DNA of 64,000 nt from an uncultured Holdemanella sp. Lineage in GTDB: Bacteria; Bacillota_I; Bacilli_A; Erysipelotrichales; Erysipelotrichaceae. Positions 1-13,879 of the stretch are shown piece after piece. The stretch spans positions 831-64,830 of the forward strand of contig NZ_CAKVMR010000003.1 in assembly GCF_934772795.1 (NCBI RefSeq), in the 5' to 3' direction. The notes beneath the pieces are model-generated. The model saw only the letters and a list, made by a program, of their open reading frames with translations. It did no database searches and was not told the origin of the DNA. The position numbers were made by a program, and so were the translations under genes. How positions within the stretch are numbered: the first letter of the stretch is position 1; each line of letters starts with the position of its first letter.

Positions 1-1
1 A

Positions 2-544
2 GAAAAGACGAAAACGAGAGATTATTTCCATCCAATTCAATGGTTGACTTTAGCTCATATTGTGAATCAATCTTTCCAATTAAAACAACATGTCACAATG
101 CCTCTGATTCCAGATGGTGAAGGTAAATTCAGATTGTTTTTGGGAGATATTGGTATGTTCTCATATCAAAGTGGAATTAATGCATCTTCTTTTGTTGCTC
201 CAAATAAAGAGAATACTTTATCTGGTATATTTTACGAAAACTATGTTGCGAATGAATTAGTCGCAAAAGGAATCGGACTATATTATTGGCGTGGAAAAAA
301 TGATGCAGAATTAGAATTCATTATTGAATCCGATAACAAACTGTATCCTTTAGATGTGAAAAAGGGTAAGGGTGTTTTAAATTCTTTAGATAAATTTTCA
401 AATCAAAATTCATTTGAAATGGCGATTAAAGTATCAAAGAATAATTATGGGTATGATCATGAAAAGAAATTGGTTACGATTCCATTTTACTTTATGCCTT
501 TCTTAGCAGAAGATTTGAAAAACGGATCATTTAAAATAGACTAG
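2..544 (+). CDS. C-terminal part of an AAA+ ATPase / DUF4143-family protein (5'-truncated by window edge)
   Basis: Frame open from position 2; motifs FRLFLGDIG, GIFYENYVANEL, YYWR...ELEFII...PLDVK resemble DUF4143 C-termini. Confidence 0.7.
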   Translation, partial: EKTKTRDYFHPIQWLTLAHIVNQSFQLKQHVTMPLIPDGEGKFRLFLGDIGMFSYQSGINASSFVAPNKENTLSGIFYENYVANELVAKGIGLYYWRGKNDAELEFIIESDNKLYPLDVKKGKGVLNSLDKFSNQNSFEMAIKVSKNNYGYDHEKKLVTIPFYFMPFLAEDLKNGSFKID

Positions 545-747
545 TCAAATTTGATTGGTCTTTTCTTGGATTCGTGTGAAAAAATGGTTTGTTTATCTTT
601 TCAAATCGGGACATTTTAAACTGGCTTTATTATTTTACAAAAAAAAGGAAGCAGTGTCGCTAACAAGACTGCCTCCTCAAAACGTATGTTTTTCCTAGCA
701 AATGTAGTTTAACACAAATTGATCATTGATTCAATTGAGTGAGTTTT

Positions 748-1416
748 TTAAAATATTTTACCTTCAAGCATTTGTTCAATCAAAGTAAAAACAGTCTGTT
801 CCATTCTTCCATCATACAACATTCTATGTTTGGCATCCTCAATATAAATCAGGCGTTTCTTTTGTGCTGGAATCTTTTTATAGGCATGTGTTGAGCTTGA
901 TGGAGCAATCACTTCATCACTTGTTCCGTGCAACATAAGGATTGGACATTCAATTTGAGAAATGGATTCTTTATATTGAGAAACAATCTTCGTGAAGGTT
1001 TGGTATTGCTTTGAGCTTGGACCTTTCTTTTCTTTGTCGGATTTTTTAAATAATCCTGTTACTTTTTTGATGTCTAGATATTCAAAGGCAGGAGCACATA
1101 GAATTAATGATTGTACTTTATAAATGCTTGCCAAATAACTGGCAATTACGCCTCCCATGGAAAAACCAATTAGAATCACGTTGGGATTTTCTTTGATGGC
1201 AAGACTTAATTTAGCTTCACATCTTTGAACCCAATCTTTGTAGTTGGCGTCATTTGGATTGTTTAAATCATACATATCAAATTGGATTACTTCATATTTT
1301 CTAGCCTTTAAATAGCGAGCCAATGGATCGAATTCATGACTTAGATTTCTTCCAAATCCATGGATTGTTACTATTATGGGTTTCTTTCTTCGATTAAATA
1401 AAGACATTCGCATCAC
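748..1416 (-). CDS. alpha/beta hydrolase (esterase-like)
   Basis: HGFG oxyanion motif, GFSMGG nucleophile elbow, HGTSDEVI, C-terminal His. Confidence 0.85.
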   Translation of the reverse strand: MMRMSLFNRRKKPIIVTIHGFGRNLSHEFDPLARYLKARKYEVIQFDMYDLNNPNDANYKDWVQRCEAKLSLAIKENPNVILIGFSMGGVIASYLASIYKVQSLILCAPAFEYLDIKKVTGLFKKSDKEKKGPSSKQYQTFTKIVSQYKESISQIECPILMLHGTSDEVIAPSSSTHAYKKIPAQKKRLIYIEDAKHRMLYDGRMEQTVFTLIEQMLEGKIF

Positions 1417-1466
1417 CTCGTTGTATAATTATTATAGCATCTATTGAAAGGAAGGTCACATGTATC

Positions 1467-2192
1467 ATGAAGGCAACTTTACTGATTAAAAATATTGAAA
1501 ACTTATATACATGTGATAAGGATTTTACAATCTTGCATCATGCCTTTATTGCGTGTCACCATAATAAGATTATTGAAATCAATACAGGTTCATATAAGGA
1601 ATGGTTAGATCCGGCAACTCGTGTCATTGATGCACAGGGAGAGTGTGTTGTACCGGCTTTTATTGATTGTCAATATAAAAGTTTTATGCATGTTCGTTTG
1701 GGGGATCAATTAAGACAGGATATCAATGCGTTATATGCGATGCGTCAAAATGGAATCTTAACTTTGATTTGTGACAATCCAAATTCGCAAAGAATGAAAT
1801 TAGAGCAGGATGTTTTTTATAAAAAGAATCAGCCTAAGCTTCCAGTTTTACATCGCTTAAGTGAATTAAAAAATGAAATTCCAGAAACTTTTTTAATGAG
1901 TTGTGGATTTGGACTTCCAAACTCCTATGTATATAGTATGGCACCCATGAGTTATGTGTTGTTTCAAACACATCGAGTATGTTCTAGAAAATTACTAGAA
2001 AGTATGACATCTTTACCAGCTAAAGAATTTAATTTAGCGGATCGTGGTTCGATTGAAATTGGGAAAACGGCAGATCTTTTAGTTTTACAAGTTACAACGA
2101 TTGAACATTATTTCCAGACTTTGGGAAGGCCTTTGATTCATCGTATGATTAAAAATGGGATTCAATTTTATCCAGAGTGGATGGTTTGTTAG
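1467..2192 (+). CDS. short, degenerate amidohydrolase-like (HutI-like) protein
   Basis: N-terminal IDAQGECVVPAFID and C-terminal PAKEFNLADRGSIEIGKTADL motifs; metal-binding HxH absent (DCQY). Confidence 0.6.
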   Translation: MKATLLIKNIENLYTCDKDFTILHHAFIACHHNKIIEINTGSYKEWLDPATRVIDAQGECVVPAFIDCQYKSFMHVRLGDQLRQDINALYAMRQNGILTLICDNPNSQRMKLEQDVFYKKNQPKLPVLHRLSELKNEIPETFLMSCGFGLPNSYVYSMAPMSYVLFQTHRVCSRKLLESMTSLPAKEFNLADRGSIEIGKTADLLVLQVTTIEHYFQTLGRPLIHRMIKNGIQFYPEWMVC

Positions 2193-2238
2193 GAAGAGTT
2201 TTCTTCCTTTTTTCTTTTTCTAAACAAAAAAAGATGGA

Positions 2239-3156
2239 CTAGTCGTTAGTCCATCTTCCAAAGATTCCACATGGTAATACACTGTTGTTTGTCGTAACAG
2301 GAAGTAGGTTTTCACCACATTCAATGTGCCCGCCTTTTTCTTTTTGAATTGATCTAGATAAGGCTTCATTTAGTGTTGAACAACTAAATCCAGTTGTATA
2401 ACAGTTCACAATAAAGAATAGCGCATCGTCACTTAAGATTTTCATACATTCTTGAATTAATGGGAATAATTCTTCTTCAAGTTTCCAAAGTTCGCCATTT
2501 GGACCTCTACCATAACTAGGTGGATCCATGACGATACCGTCGTATTTTCTTCCTCTTCTTTGTTCTCTTTTTACAAATTTAATACAGTCATCTACAATGA
2601 AACGAATTGTATGATCTTGTAAATTAGAAAGCTGCATGTTTTCTTTTGCCCATTGAATCATACCTTTTGAGGCATCTACATGCACAACTTCTTTAGCCCC
2701 AGCTTTTGAGCAAGCCATGGTAGCACCGCCTGTATAGGCAAATAGGTTTAAGATTCTTAGATCATCGCGTTTTGATTCTTTGATCTTATTGGCCATAAAA
2801 TCCCAGTTGCTAGCTTGTTCAGGGAATAGTCCTGTATGTTTAAATCCAGTTGGACTGATTTTAAAGCGCAATCCCTTATATCCAATTGTCCAGAATTCTT
2901 TAACAGGCTTTTTCATTTCCCAATGACCACCACCCGATTTAGAACGGTGATATACAGCATCCGCCTTATTCCATGCACGCTCATCTTCAATTGGCCAGAT
3001 TGCCACAGGATCCGGTCTTCTTAGAATCGTTTGATTCCATCTTTCTAGTTTTTCTTTATTTCCAGTATCAATAACTTCATAGTCTTGCCATTCTTTAGCA
3101 ATTTGATTCATACTTAGTTCTCCTTTAACTGTATAATTATAACATACATTTGCCAA
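2239..3156 (-). CDS. class I SAM-dependent methyltransferase (RlmI/RlmK-like)
   Basis: HTGLFPEQ, LNLFAYTGGAT, VDAS and DPPSYG motifs; true start probably near 3111. Confidence 0.85.
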   Translation of the reverse strand: MANVCYNYTVKGELSMNQIAKEWQDYEVIDTGNKEKLERWNQTILRRPDPVAIWPIEDERAWNKADAVYHRSKSGGGHWEMKKPVKEFWTIGYKGLRFKISPTGFKHTGLFPEQASNWDFMANKIKESKRDDLRILNLFAYTGGATMACSKAGAKEVVHVDASKGMIQWAKENMQLSNLQDHTIRFIVDDCIKFVKREQRRGRKYDGIVMDPPSYGRGPNGELWKLEEELFPLIQECMKILSDDALFFIVNCYTTGFSCSTLNEALSRSIQKEKGGHIECGENLLPVTTNNSVLPCGIFGRWTND

Positions 3157-3173
3157 CTATGATATAATAGAGT

Positions 3174-4379
3174 GTGACTCTAGAAGGAGGTTTTAACATG
3201 TTTGTTCAAATGATTTGTAAAGATCGAAATGAAAAAGAAATGAATGAATTGTATGAAGTTTTAGGCCTTATCGCAAGACGTGAAGAAGTGCAAATTGAAG
3301 ATCGTTATGATCATGTTGATATCTTAGTTTGTCCACAAGGAAAGATTGTTGTGACAGAAGAAGATGGCGACATGGTTTTACGTGCCAATACACGTCATGC
3401 AGGTCCTGGATTTCATGCGTTTGTGGTAGATATATTTAAAGATATTCAGGAAGAAGTTCCTGGTGAATATGAATTGATGGATGATATGGAATTCGATAAG
3501 GATGAAGATTTTGATCGATTGAGTTCTATGTATGAGGATGAAATGGATTATATTCGTGGAGTTCTTTTGGAAAATGAAGTGATGCGCCAACAAAATTATA
3601 TGTATGATGAAACATATTTCTTGCCTCTACAAAAAGAAAATCGCATTCTTACAAGTCAGGGCGATTTGGATTTAAAAGAATTCAAACATATGAATACTCG
3701 TGACTTAATGGATGCCTTCTATGTATGGAATGATTGGGAAAGAGATGCCAAATTCTATAAGAATTGTGCATTAACTTTACTTGCCAAAGAGGGTGTTGGA
3801 AAGTATACATTAATGAATGAAACAACAATTAAGCATGCCAATGATATTTGCGAATATATCGAAGCAGCTTATGAAAAAGATCATAATGTAGATCTTCCTT
3901 TGGATGCATATGCGGATCTATGTGAAAAGCTGGGTAGAGAAAATAAATTGTCTGATGCCAAAAATATGGAGCAGGAGGCCATTCAATATCGTATTCGTGA
4001 AGTGTATCACTTATTTGAAGATGCAAGAGTGGTTGCCAGTGGTGCCGCTGAAAGAAGTTATGATCCAGTCAATCAAGCCTTGTGTTTAATGTCACCATAT
4101 ACAGATGAAGCACAATGGGACTGGTTGATTCAGGCTAGTAAACAACCGGGTATTGTCACAAACTTAGATAACATTATGGAACAAGATCCAATCCAATATG
4201 ATAAGAAAACGATTTGGATGGATTCATGGCAAGAAGATGGTATCTATGTATTGGAGGCTGTGCTTCGTTATAAAGAAAAATTCTTATATTTCCACGATGT
4301 ATGTGCTAAAGAAAAAGACTTGGCTTTCTTAGAACAATGCATTAAGGAATCTGGTTTCACAAAGACACAGGAAGACTAG
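3174..4379 (+). CDS. acidic hypothetical protein
   Basis: Long ORF; SD AGGAGG suggests start at ATG 3198; no recognisable family. Confidence 0.7.
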   Translation: MTLEGGFNMFVQMICKDRNEKEMNELYEVLGLIARREEVQIEDRYDHVDILVCPQGKIVVTEEDGDMVLRANTRHAGPGFHAFVVDIFKDIQEEVPGEYELMDDMEFDKDEDFDRLSSMYEDEMDYIRGVLLENEVMRQQNYMYDETYFLPLQKENRILTSQGDLDLKEFKHMNTRDLMDAFYVWNDWERDAKFYKNCALTLLAKEGVGKYTLMNETTIKHANDICEYIEAAYEKDHNVDLPLDAYADLCEKLGRENKLSDAKNMEQEAIQYRIREVYHLFEDARVVASGAAERSYDPVNQALCLMSPYTDEAQWDWLIQASKQPGIVTNLDNIMEQDPIQYDKKTIWMDSWQEDGIYVLEAVLRYKEKFLYFHDVCAKEKDLAFLEQCIKESGFTKTQED

Positions 4380-4620
4380 ATAAAGTGTTAGAAAAGACAG
4401 CGAAAGTAAATGGCTATGCATCTGTTGATGGATTATAGATTTATTCCTACTGTTTTAACACCAAAACAGAAAAAGATAGAAATCGTCAAAGCAATCATGA
4501 AGAGTTTTACCAATAAATATAGTAAATACGAAGATATTCGTTTTCTGAGGTTTTGAGTGCTCATATTTCTGAGCACTTTTTTTGTGTTTTATGGTAAAAT
4601 TGATACGGTGATTAAAAATT

Positions 4621-6798
4621 ATGAGTAACTCAATATTAGATACATTAAATGAAAATCAAAGAACTGCCGCAACGACAATCAATGAACACGTTCGTATTAT
4701 TGCGGGTGCAGGTAGTGGTAAAACGCGTGTCTTAATGGCACGTATTGTTTATTTAGTCCAAGATTGTGGTATTTTACCAAACCGCATCTTGGCTATTACA
4801 TTCACGAATAAAGCAGCGAATGAAATGAAAACACGACTTACTGCACAATTAGGCAGTATGGCAAGTGTAGTGCGCATTTCAACCATTCACTCTTTATGTG
4901 TAAGAATGCTTAGAGAAGATGCCGACTTGATTGGGTATCCAAAAACATTCGCAATTATGGATCCAGAAGATCAAAAGGCCATCTTAAAGCCAATCTATAA
5001 AGCATTAGAAGTGGATAAAACAACGATTTCTTATAATCGTGCATTAGGTGCTATTAGTGCTTATAAGACAAACTATATCGATCCACAAATGGCAGGTAAT
5101 ATGGCAATGGATGATGTCAGCATTACTTTAGCTAAAATCTATGCAGGCTATGAAAAGCGTCGTAACGAAATGAAGGCTATGGACTTCGATGATTTATTAT
5201 TAGAAGGACATCGCTTATTAAATAGCGTATCTTCTGTTCGTGAGAAGTGGCAAAATCGTTTAGACTACATTCATGTTGACGAGTTCCAGGACGTGGACCC
5301 TATTCAGTATGGAATTATTAAACTACTAACTGGAAAGAATACACATTTATGTGTTGTAGGAGATCCAGACCAGACCATCTATACTTGGCGTGGAGCAAGT
5401 GTTGACATTATTTTGAAATTTAATAAAGATTTTGAACCATGTAAAACTGTAATTTTGAATGAAAACTATCGTTCAACACAACCTATTCTAGACGCAAGTA
5501 ATGCCGTTATTAAATACAATAAGGAACGTATTGATAAAGATCTATACACAAAACTTCCTGGTGATGAAAAGATTACGATGTTTGAAGGAAAAGAAGATAG
5601 TGAAGAACCAATCTTTGTAGCTCGTCAAATCAATGAAAAACATAAAAAAGGTTTAGAGTATAAAGATATGGCGATTCTTTATCGTTCAAACTATTCTTCA
5701 CGTGCTTTTGAACGTATCTTTAAATCGGTAGGCATTCCATATGTAATCTATGGCGGAATTCGTTTCTATGAAAGACAAGAGATCAAAGATGCCCTATGTT
5801 ATTTAAGATTATGTACAAACCGCAACGAAGAAGATCCAGACCAAATGGCATTAGATTTAGCTGTGCTTCGCGTTATCAATGTGCCACGCCGTGGTATTGG
5901 TGCACGTACAATTGAAAATCTTCAAAAACAAGCTGCCGAAAGACACATGAATCTATATGATGTCATGAAAGATCCAATCGGATTAAGTACAGCCGTTACG
6001 AAGAAATGTGAAATGTTTGTAGACTTGATTGAAGATCTACGTGAAAATAGAGAACATTATGCCTTAGAAGATTTCTTAGACTATGTATTAGATACAACTG
6101 GCTATATTTCGATGTTGAAAGAAGATCGCGAAAGTGGTCAAGACCGTATCGATAACTTAAAAGAATTAAAAGAAGACATTGCCCAAAGTATGATTGAAGA
6201 TCCAGAAATGACTTTGGAATCTTATTTGCAAGACATTGCCTTATTTACAGATAAAACACAGGAAACAAGCGAAAATACAGTCAGCTTAATGACGGTACAT
6301 GCCGCAAAAGGACTAGAATTTGACACAGTATTCTTAGTTAACTTTAACGATGGTGTATTCCCAAGTTCTAGAGCCTGTGATGAAGGTGGCATGAAGGCAT
6401 TAGAAGAAGAAAGACGACTTCTATATGTTGCGATGACACGTGCTAAAAAAACACTATATATTACATGGAATACAGGCTTTAGCTATATGCAGGATGCGTT
6501 TAAAACACCAAGTCGTTTTAGAGCTGAAATCCCAATGGAATATATTGAACAAGAAGAAAAAGAAGAAGCACCAAAACAACCAAAGACTGTTGTGTCTCAA
6601 TCCTTAACAGGAAGACCATCTAAGCTTGGTGCGAATAAAAAGAAAATACGTTTACGTAAAGGGGATGCCGTTGAACATACGATCTATGGTCAAGGTGTTG
6701 TGCTTGAAATTCGTGGAGATGTCGCAACCATTGCCTTTGGTCATACGATTGGTGTGAAAAAGCTAAATGCATCACATCCTTCTTTAAAGAAAGCCTAG
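4621..6798 (+). CDS. pcrA: ATP-dependent DNA helicase PcrA/UvrD
   Basis: AGAGSGKT, TFTNKAA, VDEFQD, VGDPDQTIY, HAAKGLEF, EERRLLYVAMTRA. Confidence 0.95.
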   Translation: MSNSILDTLNENQRTAATTINEHVRIIAGAGSGKTRVLMARIVYLVQDCGILPNRILAITFTNKAANEMKTRLTAQLGSMASVVRISTIHSLCVRMLREDADLIGYPKTFAIMDPEDQKAILKPIYKALEVDKTTISYNRALGAISAYKTNYIDPQMAGNMAMDDVSITLAKIYAGYEKRRNEMKAMDFDDLLLEGHRLLNSVSSVREKWQNRLDYIHVDEFQDVDPIQYGIIKLLTGKNTHLCVVGDPDQTIYTWRGASVDIILKFNKDFEPCKTVILNENYRSTQPILDASNAVIKYNKERIDKDLYTKLPGDEKITMFEGKEDSEEPIFVARQINEKHKKGLEYKDMAILYRSNYSSRAFERIFKSVGIPYVIYGGIRFYERQEIKDALCYLRLCTNRNEEDPDQMALDLAVLRVINVPRRGIGARTIENLQKQAAERHMNLYDVMKDPIGLSTAVTKKCEMFVDLIEDLRENREHYALEDFLDYVLDTTGYISMLKEDRESGQDRIDNLKELKEDIAQSMIEDPEMTLESYLQDIALFTDKTQETSENTVSLMTVHAAKGLEFDTVFLVNFNDGVFPSSRACDEGGMKALEEERRLLYVAMTRAKKTLYITWNTGFSYMQDAFKTPSRFRAEIPMEYIEQEEKEEAPKQPKTVVSQSLTGRPSKLGANKKKIRLRKGDAVEHTIYGQGVVLEIRGDVATIAFGHTIGVKKLNASHPSLKKA

Positions 6799-9859
<3,061 letters not shown>

Positions 9860-9868
9860 GAGGAAAGT

Positions 9869-10162
9869 ATGGAAAAGTTCAGTACAGAATATTTTCACAA
9901 ATTGGCAAACGACTTGAAGTTTGATTTGAGCGATGAAGAAATCGAAGAATTGAAAAAAGATTTCGTTGCCGTAGAAGAACAAGTATCCCTTTTTGAAAAA
10001 GTGGACACAGAAGGTGTAGAACCTATGGTTTATCCTTTTGAAGCACCTACAACATTCTTAAGAGAGGACGTTGTAAGTGATGTATTAACGCAAGAAGAAG
10101 CATTGAAGAATGTAAAAGATGCGCGTATGGGACATGTTCACGTTCCAAAGGTGGTGAAGTAA
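9869..10162 (+). CDS. gatC: Asp/Glu-tRNA amidotransferase subunit C
   Basis: VDTEGVEPM, LREDV, VPKVV; directly upstream of gatA. Confidence 0.93.
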   Translation: MEKFSTEYFHKLANDLKFDLSDEEIEELKKDFVAVEEQVSLFEKVDTEGVEPMVYPFEAPTTFLREDVVSDVLTQEEALKNVKDARMGHVHVPKVVK

Positions 10163-10163
10163 G

Positions 10164-11537
10164 ATGGAAATTTCAAATTGTGCAAATAAAACAGCCGTTA
10201 TTGAAAAAATCAATGCGGTTCAACCAAAATTAAATGCCGTAGTAACTATGATCGATGAGGATACAAATACAAATACTGGAAAACTTTCTGGTGTTAGTGT
10301 TGCCTTAAAAGATAACATCTCTACTTGTGGTATTCGTACAACCGCAAGCAGCCGTATTTTAGATAACTATGTTCCTGTTTATGATGCGACAATTGTAAAA
10401 AAATTAAGAGAAGCAGGAGCTGACTTTGTATGTAAGGCAAGCATGGATGAACTTGGTATGGGTGGAACCAACAAGAATGCTTACACAGGTGTTGTACACA
10501 ACCCTTATGATCTAGACCGCATTCCAGGTGGATCAAGCGGTGGATGTGCTGCTTTAGTTGCCGCAGGATGTGTACCATTGGCCATTGGTACAGATACAGG
10601 TGATAGTGTTCGAAAACCAGCAGCATATTGTGGTGTTGTTGGGGTTAAACCAACATATGGACGTATTTCACGTTATGGTATTATTCCTTATGCGAGTTCA
10701 TTAGATCACGTTGGATATTTCACAACGAATGTAAAAGATGCTGCATTAGCTTTAGAAGTACTTGCAGGTCGTGATGATCATGATATGACTTCAAGTTATG
10801 AAGCTGTTGGTGAATATTCTAAATTATTGAATAGTGATCTTACAAATAAAACGATTGGTGTATTTAAAACGGTAATCGATGAAGTTGAAAACGAAGAATT
10901 AAAGGCTCAATTCAACGCTTTAGTTTCTAAATTAGAAGAAAAAGGAGCTAAGATCGTTGAAGTGGAAATGCCAAAAGAATATATGGAATTGATTGCACCT
11001 GTCTATAAGACAATTGCGAATGCAGAAGCAACAGCCAATCATTCAAATCTAGATGGTATTCGTTTTGGTATGCGTGAAGATGGTCAAGATTTAGAAGAAG
11101 TCATGACAAATACACGTACAAAAGGTTTCTCAAGCTATGTTCGTGCTCGTTTCGTGATTGGTTCATATTCTTTGTTTGAAGAAAATCAAGATCGTTTATT
11201 TAGAAAAGCCCAAAAGATTCGTCGTTTGATCGTTCAAGCTTACGCGAAGATGTTTGAAGAATGTGATGCTGTATTAAGTGTTGCAGCACCAACAATTGCA
11301 CCATTAATCAATGAAAGTTCAGATGTTCGTTTTGGCGTATCTAGTTTTGCCGAAGAACATATGCAGTTACAAAATTTCTCTGGTTATCCAAGTATTACAC
11401 TTCCGCTAGGAAAAGTAGATTCTATGCCTGTGGCTGTGAATTTAACTTGTAAGCCTTTTGAAGAACAAAAAATGTTTGATGTATCTAGTGCGATTGAAGA
11501 ATGCACTGGCTTAAAAGGACAATGTTTGGAGGGATAA
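10164..11537 (+). CDS. gatA: Asp/Glu-tRNA amidotransferase subunit A
   Basis: Amidase signature PGGSSGG, GTDTGDSVRKPA, VKPTYGRISRYG. Confidence 0.95.
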   Translation: MEISNCANKTAVIEKINAVQPKLNAVVTMIDEDTNTNTGKLSGVSVALKDNISTCGIRTTASSRILDNYVPVYDATIVKKLREAGADFVCKASMDELGMGGTNKNAYTGVVHNPYDLDRIPGGSSGGCAALVAAGCVPLAIGTDTGDSVRKPAAYCGVVGVKPTYGRISRYGIIPYASSLDHVGYFTTNVKDAALALEVLAGRDDHDMTSSYEAVGEYSKLLNSDLTNKTIGVFKTVIDEVENEELKAQFNALVSKLEEKGAKIVEVEMPKEYMELIAPVYKTIANAEATANHSNLDGIRFGMREDGQDLEEVMTNTRTKGFSSYVRARFVIGSYSLFEENQDRLFRKAQKIRRLIVQAYAKMFEECDAVLSVAAPTIAPLINESSDVRFGVSSFAEEHMQLQNFSGYPSITLPLGKVDSMPVAVNLTCKPFEEQKMFDVSSAIEECTGLKGQCLEG

Positions 11538-11539
11538 TA

Positions 11540-12961
11540 ATGAATTATTTTGTAACGATTGGTATTGAAATTCACTGTGAATTAAAGACAAATACAAAAA
11601 TGTTCTCTGGTGCACCTGTGCGCTTTGGAGAAGTCGCAAATACATGTACAAGTGTTGTGGATCTAGGTCATCCTGGATGCTTACCATGTGTAAATAAAGA
11701 GGCTGTAGCCTTGGCTATCAAGGCATGTACAGCTATGCATTGTGATCTTGAAACATTGGTTCGTTTTGATCGTAAAAACTATTACTATTCAGATTTACCA
11801 AAAGGATTCCAGATTACACAACAATTTCATCCTATTGGAACAAATGGATATGTAGAAATTGATGTGGATGGAGAAAAGAAACAAATTCGCATCGAGCGTA
11901 TTCATATGGAAGAGGATACCGCAAAACAGTTCCATAAAGATACAGGTACATATATTGACTTCAACCGTGCTGGAACACCATTGATTGAAATTGTATCAAA
12001 ACCAGATATGCATAGTGCTAAAGAAGCAGCTGCTTATGTGGAAACACTTCGTAAAAATCTTTTATATCTAAATGTCAGTGATGTTAAGATGGAAGAAGGA
12101 AGTATGCGTTGTGATGTCAATATTTCTTTGAGTAAAGATAAAGATACTTTAGGAACAAAGACAGAAATCAAAAACTTGAACTCCATTGCGAATGTTCAAA
12201 AAGCAGTTCAAGCAGAAATTGAACGTCAATCTGCATTATTAGATGCAGGTGAAAAAGTAGAACAGGCGACTCGTCGTTATGATGAAGCACAAAAGACTAC
12301 AATTCTAATGCGTAAAAAAGAAGGAAATGTTGACTATAAATATTTCCCAGAACCAAATATTTTTCCTATCCAATTGGATCTTGACTGGGTTAAATCCATT
12401 CAGGATAATCTAGAAGAGCTTCCTGATGCTCGTTTAGCTCGTTTCATGAAAGATTATGAATTAAGTGAATATGATGCAGGTGTATTGGTTTCTGATCGAG
12501 AAATGGCAGATTTCTTTGAAGAAGTATTAAAATCGACAAAATTTGCGAAAAAAGCATGCAACTGGATTATTGGAGATGTTTCAGCTTATTTAAACAAAAA
12601 CAACTTAAGCTTTGCGAAGGTGCCTTGTACAAGTGAAAACTTGGCTAGCTTGATCAATGTGATCGAGGCTGGAGAAATCAGTGGTAAACAAGGTAAAGTT
12701 GTATTTGAAGAGGTTATGCAAGGAAAAGATCCTAAGAAGGTCATCGAAGAAAAGGGTATGAAACAAGTAAGTGATGATGGTGCTATTTTAGCTATCGTTA
12801 ACAGTGTTTTAGATGCCAACCCACAATCGATTGAAGACTTCAAGAATGGTAAGGATCGTGCCGTTGGATTCTTAGTAGGTCAGGTCATGAAGGCAAGTCG
12901 TGGTCAGGCAAATCCTAAGCGTACAAATGAGTTGATTCAAGAAGAATTAAAGAAAAGATAA
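11540..12961 (+). CDS. gatB: Asp/Glu-tRNA amidotransferase subunit B
   Basis: IGIEIHCEL, FDRKNYYYSDLPKGFQITQ, HMEEDTAK, GFLVGQVMK; start set at ATG after GGAGG. Confidence 0.96.
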   Translation: MNYFVTIGIEIHCELKTNTKMFSGAPVRFGEVANTCTSVVDLGHPGCLPCVNKEAVALAIKACTAMHCDLETLVRFDRKNYYYSDLPKGFQITQQFHPIGTNGYVEIDVDGEKKQIRIERIHMEEDTAKQFHKDTGTYIDFNRAGTPLIEIVSKPDMHSAKEAAAYVETLRKNLLYLNVSDVKMEEGSMRCDVNISLSKDKDTLGTKTEIKNLNSIANVQKAVQAEIERQSALLDAGEKVEQATRRYDEAQKTTILMRKKEGNVDYKYFPEPNIFPIQLDLDWVKSIQDNLEELPDARLARFMKDYELSEYDAGVLVSDREMADFFEEVLKSTKFAKKACNWIIGDVSAYLNKNNLSFAKVPCTSENLASLINVIEAGEISGKQGKVVFEEVMQGKDPKKVIEEKGMKQVSDDGAILAIVNSVLDANPQSIEDFKNGKDRAVGFLVGQVMKASRGQANPKRTNELIQEELKKR

Positions 12962-13035
12962 AAGTCTGATTCATTCAGACTTTTAATGTTTTTGTGTACT
13001 GTGTTATAATAAGTACGTTATTAGGAGGTTTTTTA

Positions 13036-13674
13036 ATGGCCAAGATGAAGCGTAGAAGACATACGTCCAATAAACCTACAGGCCAAGGACACAAGCTTGT
13101 ATGGTTTACTGTTATTATAATTATGATTCCTGTTGTGATTGTAGGATATGTATTATTGACAAGTTTAGGTGGACAAAATCGACCTGTAGAAGGTAGTCGT
13201 TTTTCAAAAACGGATTTAGATCCTGCCATCACAAAAGACAATATCTCATCTCTTGAGAGTGCTTTAGGAAACATTGATAATGTAGAAAAGGTAAGTGTGA
13301 ATTTATTAAGTGCAACACTACGTGTGCATATTGATCTAGTTGATAGTGCAACGGATGATGTGGCAAATGCAGCACTTGATAGTGCATATAATATTGTGAA
13401 TGAACAATTGCCAATTGATACATATTTTACAAATAAAGATAGCTCAAAGATGTATGATCTAGAAATTGATTCTTATAATTATTTGATTGATGATACACAT
13501 ACGGCCGATGGCTGGACATATTTAAAATTGACAAAAACCGGAGCTGGTGATGGTCCTGTTACGGATAATATGACAAGTGCGAAAGATCCTGATCTTTCAA
13601 ATCAATTAAAAGCGGCAAGTGAACAGATTCAACAAAATATCGCAAATGCGCAAAACGAAGATGATGGACAATAA
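13036..13674 (+). CDS. membrane-anchored hypothetical protein
   Basis: SD AGGAGG; basic N-terminus followed by a single hydrophobic helix. Confidence 0.7.
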   Translation: MAKMKRRRHTSNKPTGQGHKLVWFTVIIIMIPVVIVGYVLLTSLGGQNRPVEGSRFSKTDLDPAITKDNISSLESALGNIDNVEKVSVNLLSATLRVHIDLVDSATDDVANAALDSAYNIVNEQLPIDTYFTNKDSSKMYDLEIDSYNYLIDDTHTADGWTYLKLTKTGAGDGPVTDNMTSAKDPDLSNQLKAASEQIQQNIANAQNEDDGQ

Positions 13675-13706
13675 GAGTCCATCTTTTTTCTTGAAAGGAG
13701 CCAAAA

Positions 13707-13879
13707 ATGAAATTATATATTGATGAGAATAATAGAGTTGTCACTATGCATGAGGCAACGAGTGATATGAAGTGTTTTGAAGAGTTTGAAAATAAGAAGC
13801 CATATACTTTTGATGGAGTAAAAGAAGTTGAAAATAGTATTCATCCTGTTCATGTCTTATTAAATACGAGTATGATCGA
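13707..13879 (+). pseudogene. 5' fragment of peptidase E (S51)-like gene, interrupted by prophage
   Basis: ...LLNTSM-I-D joins in frame with I-D-EKWIY... at 49314 once the prophage and one ATCGA copy are removed. Confidence 0.85.
13875..13879 (+). repeat. 5-bp target-site duplication ATCGA (left copy; right copy 49314-49318)
   Basis: Identical pentamer abutting TG and CA termini, the hallmark of Mu-type transposition. Confidence 0.92.

Noticed and set aside
4380..4620. Possible gene remnant between the hypothetical gene and pcrA
   Set aside because: Short broken frames with no recognisable homology by eye.
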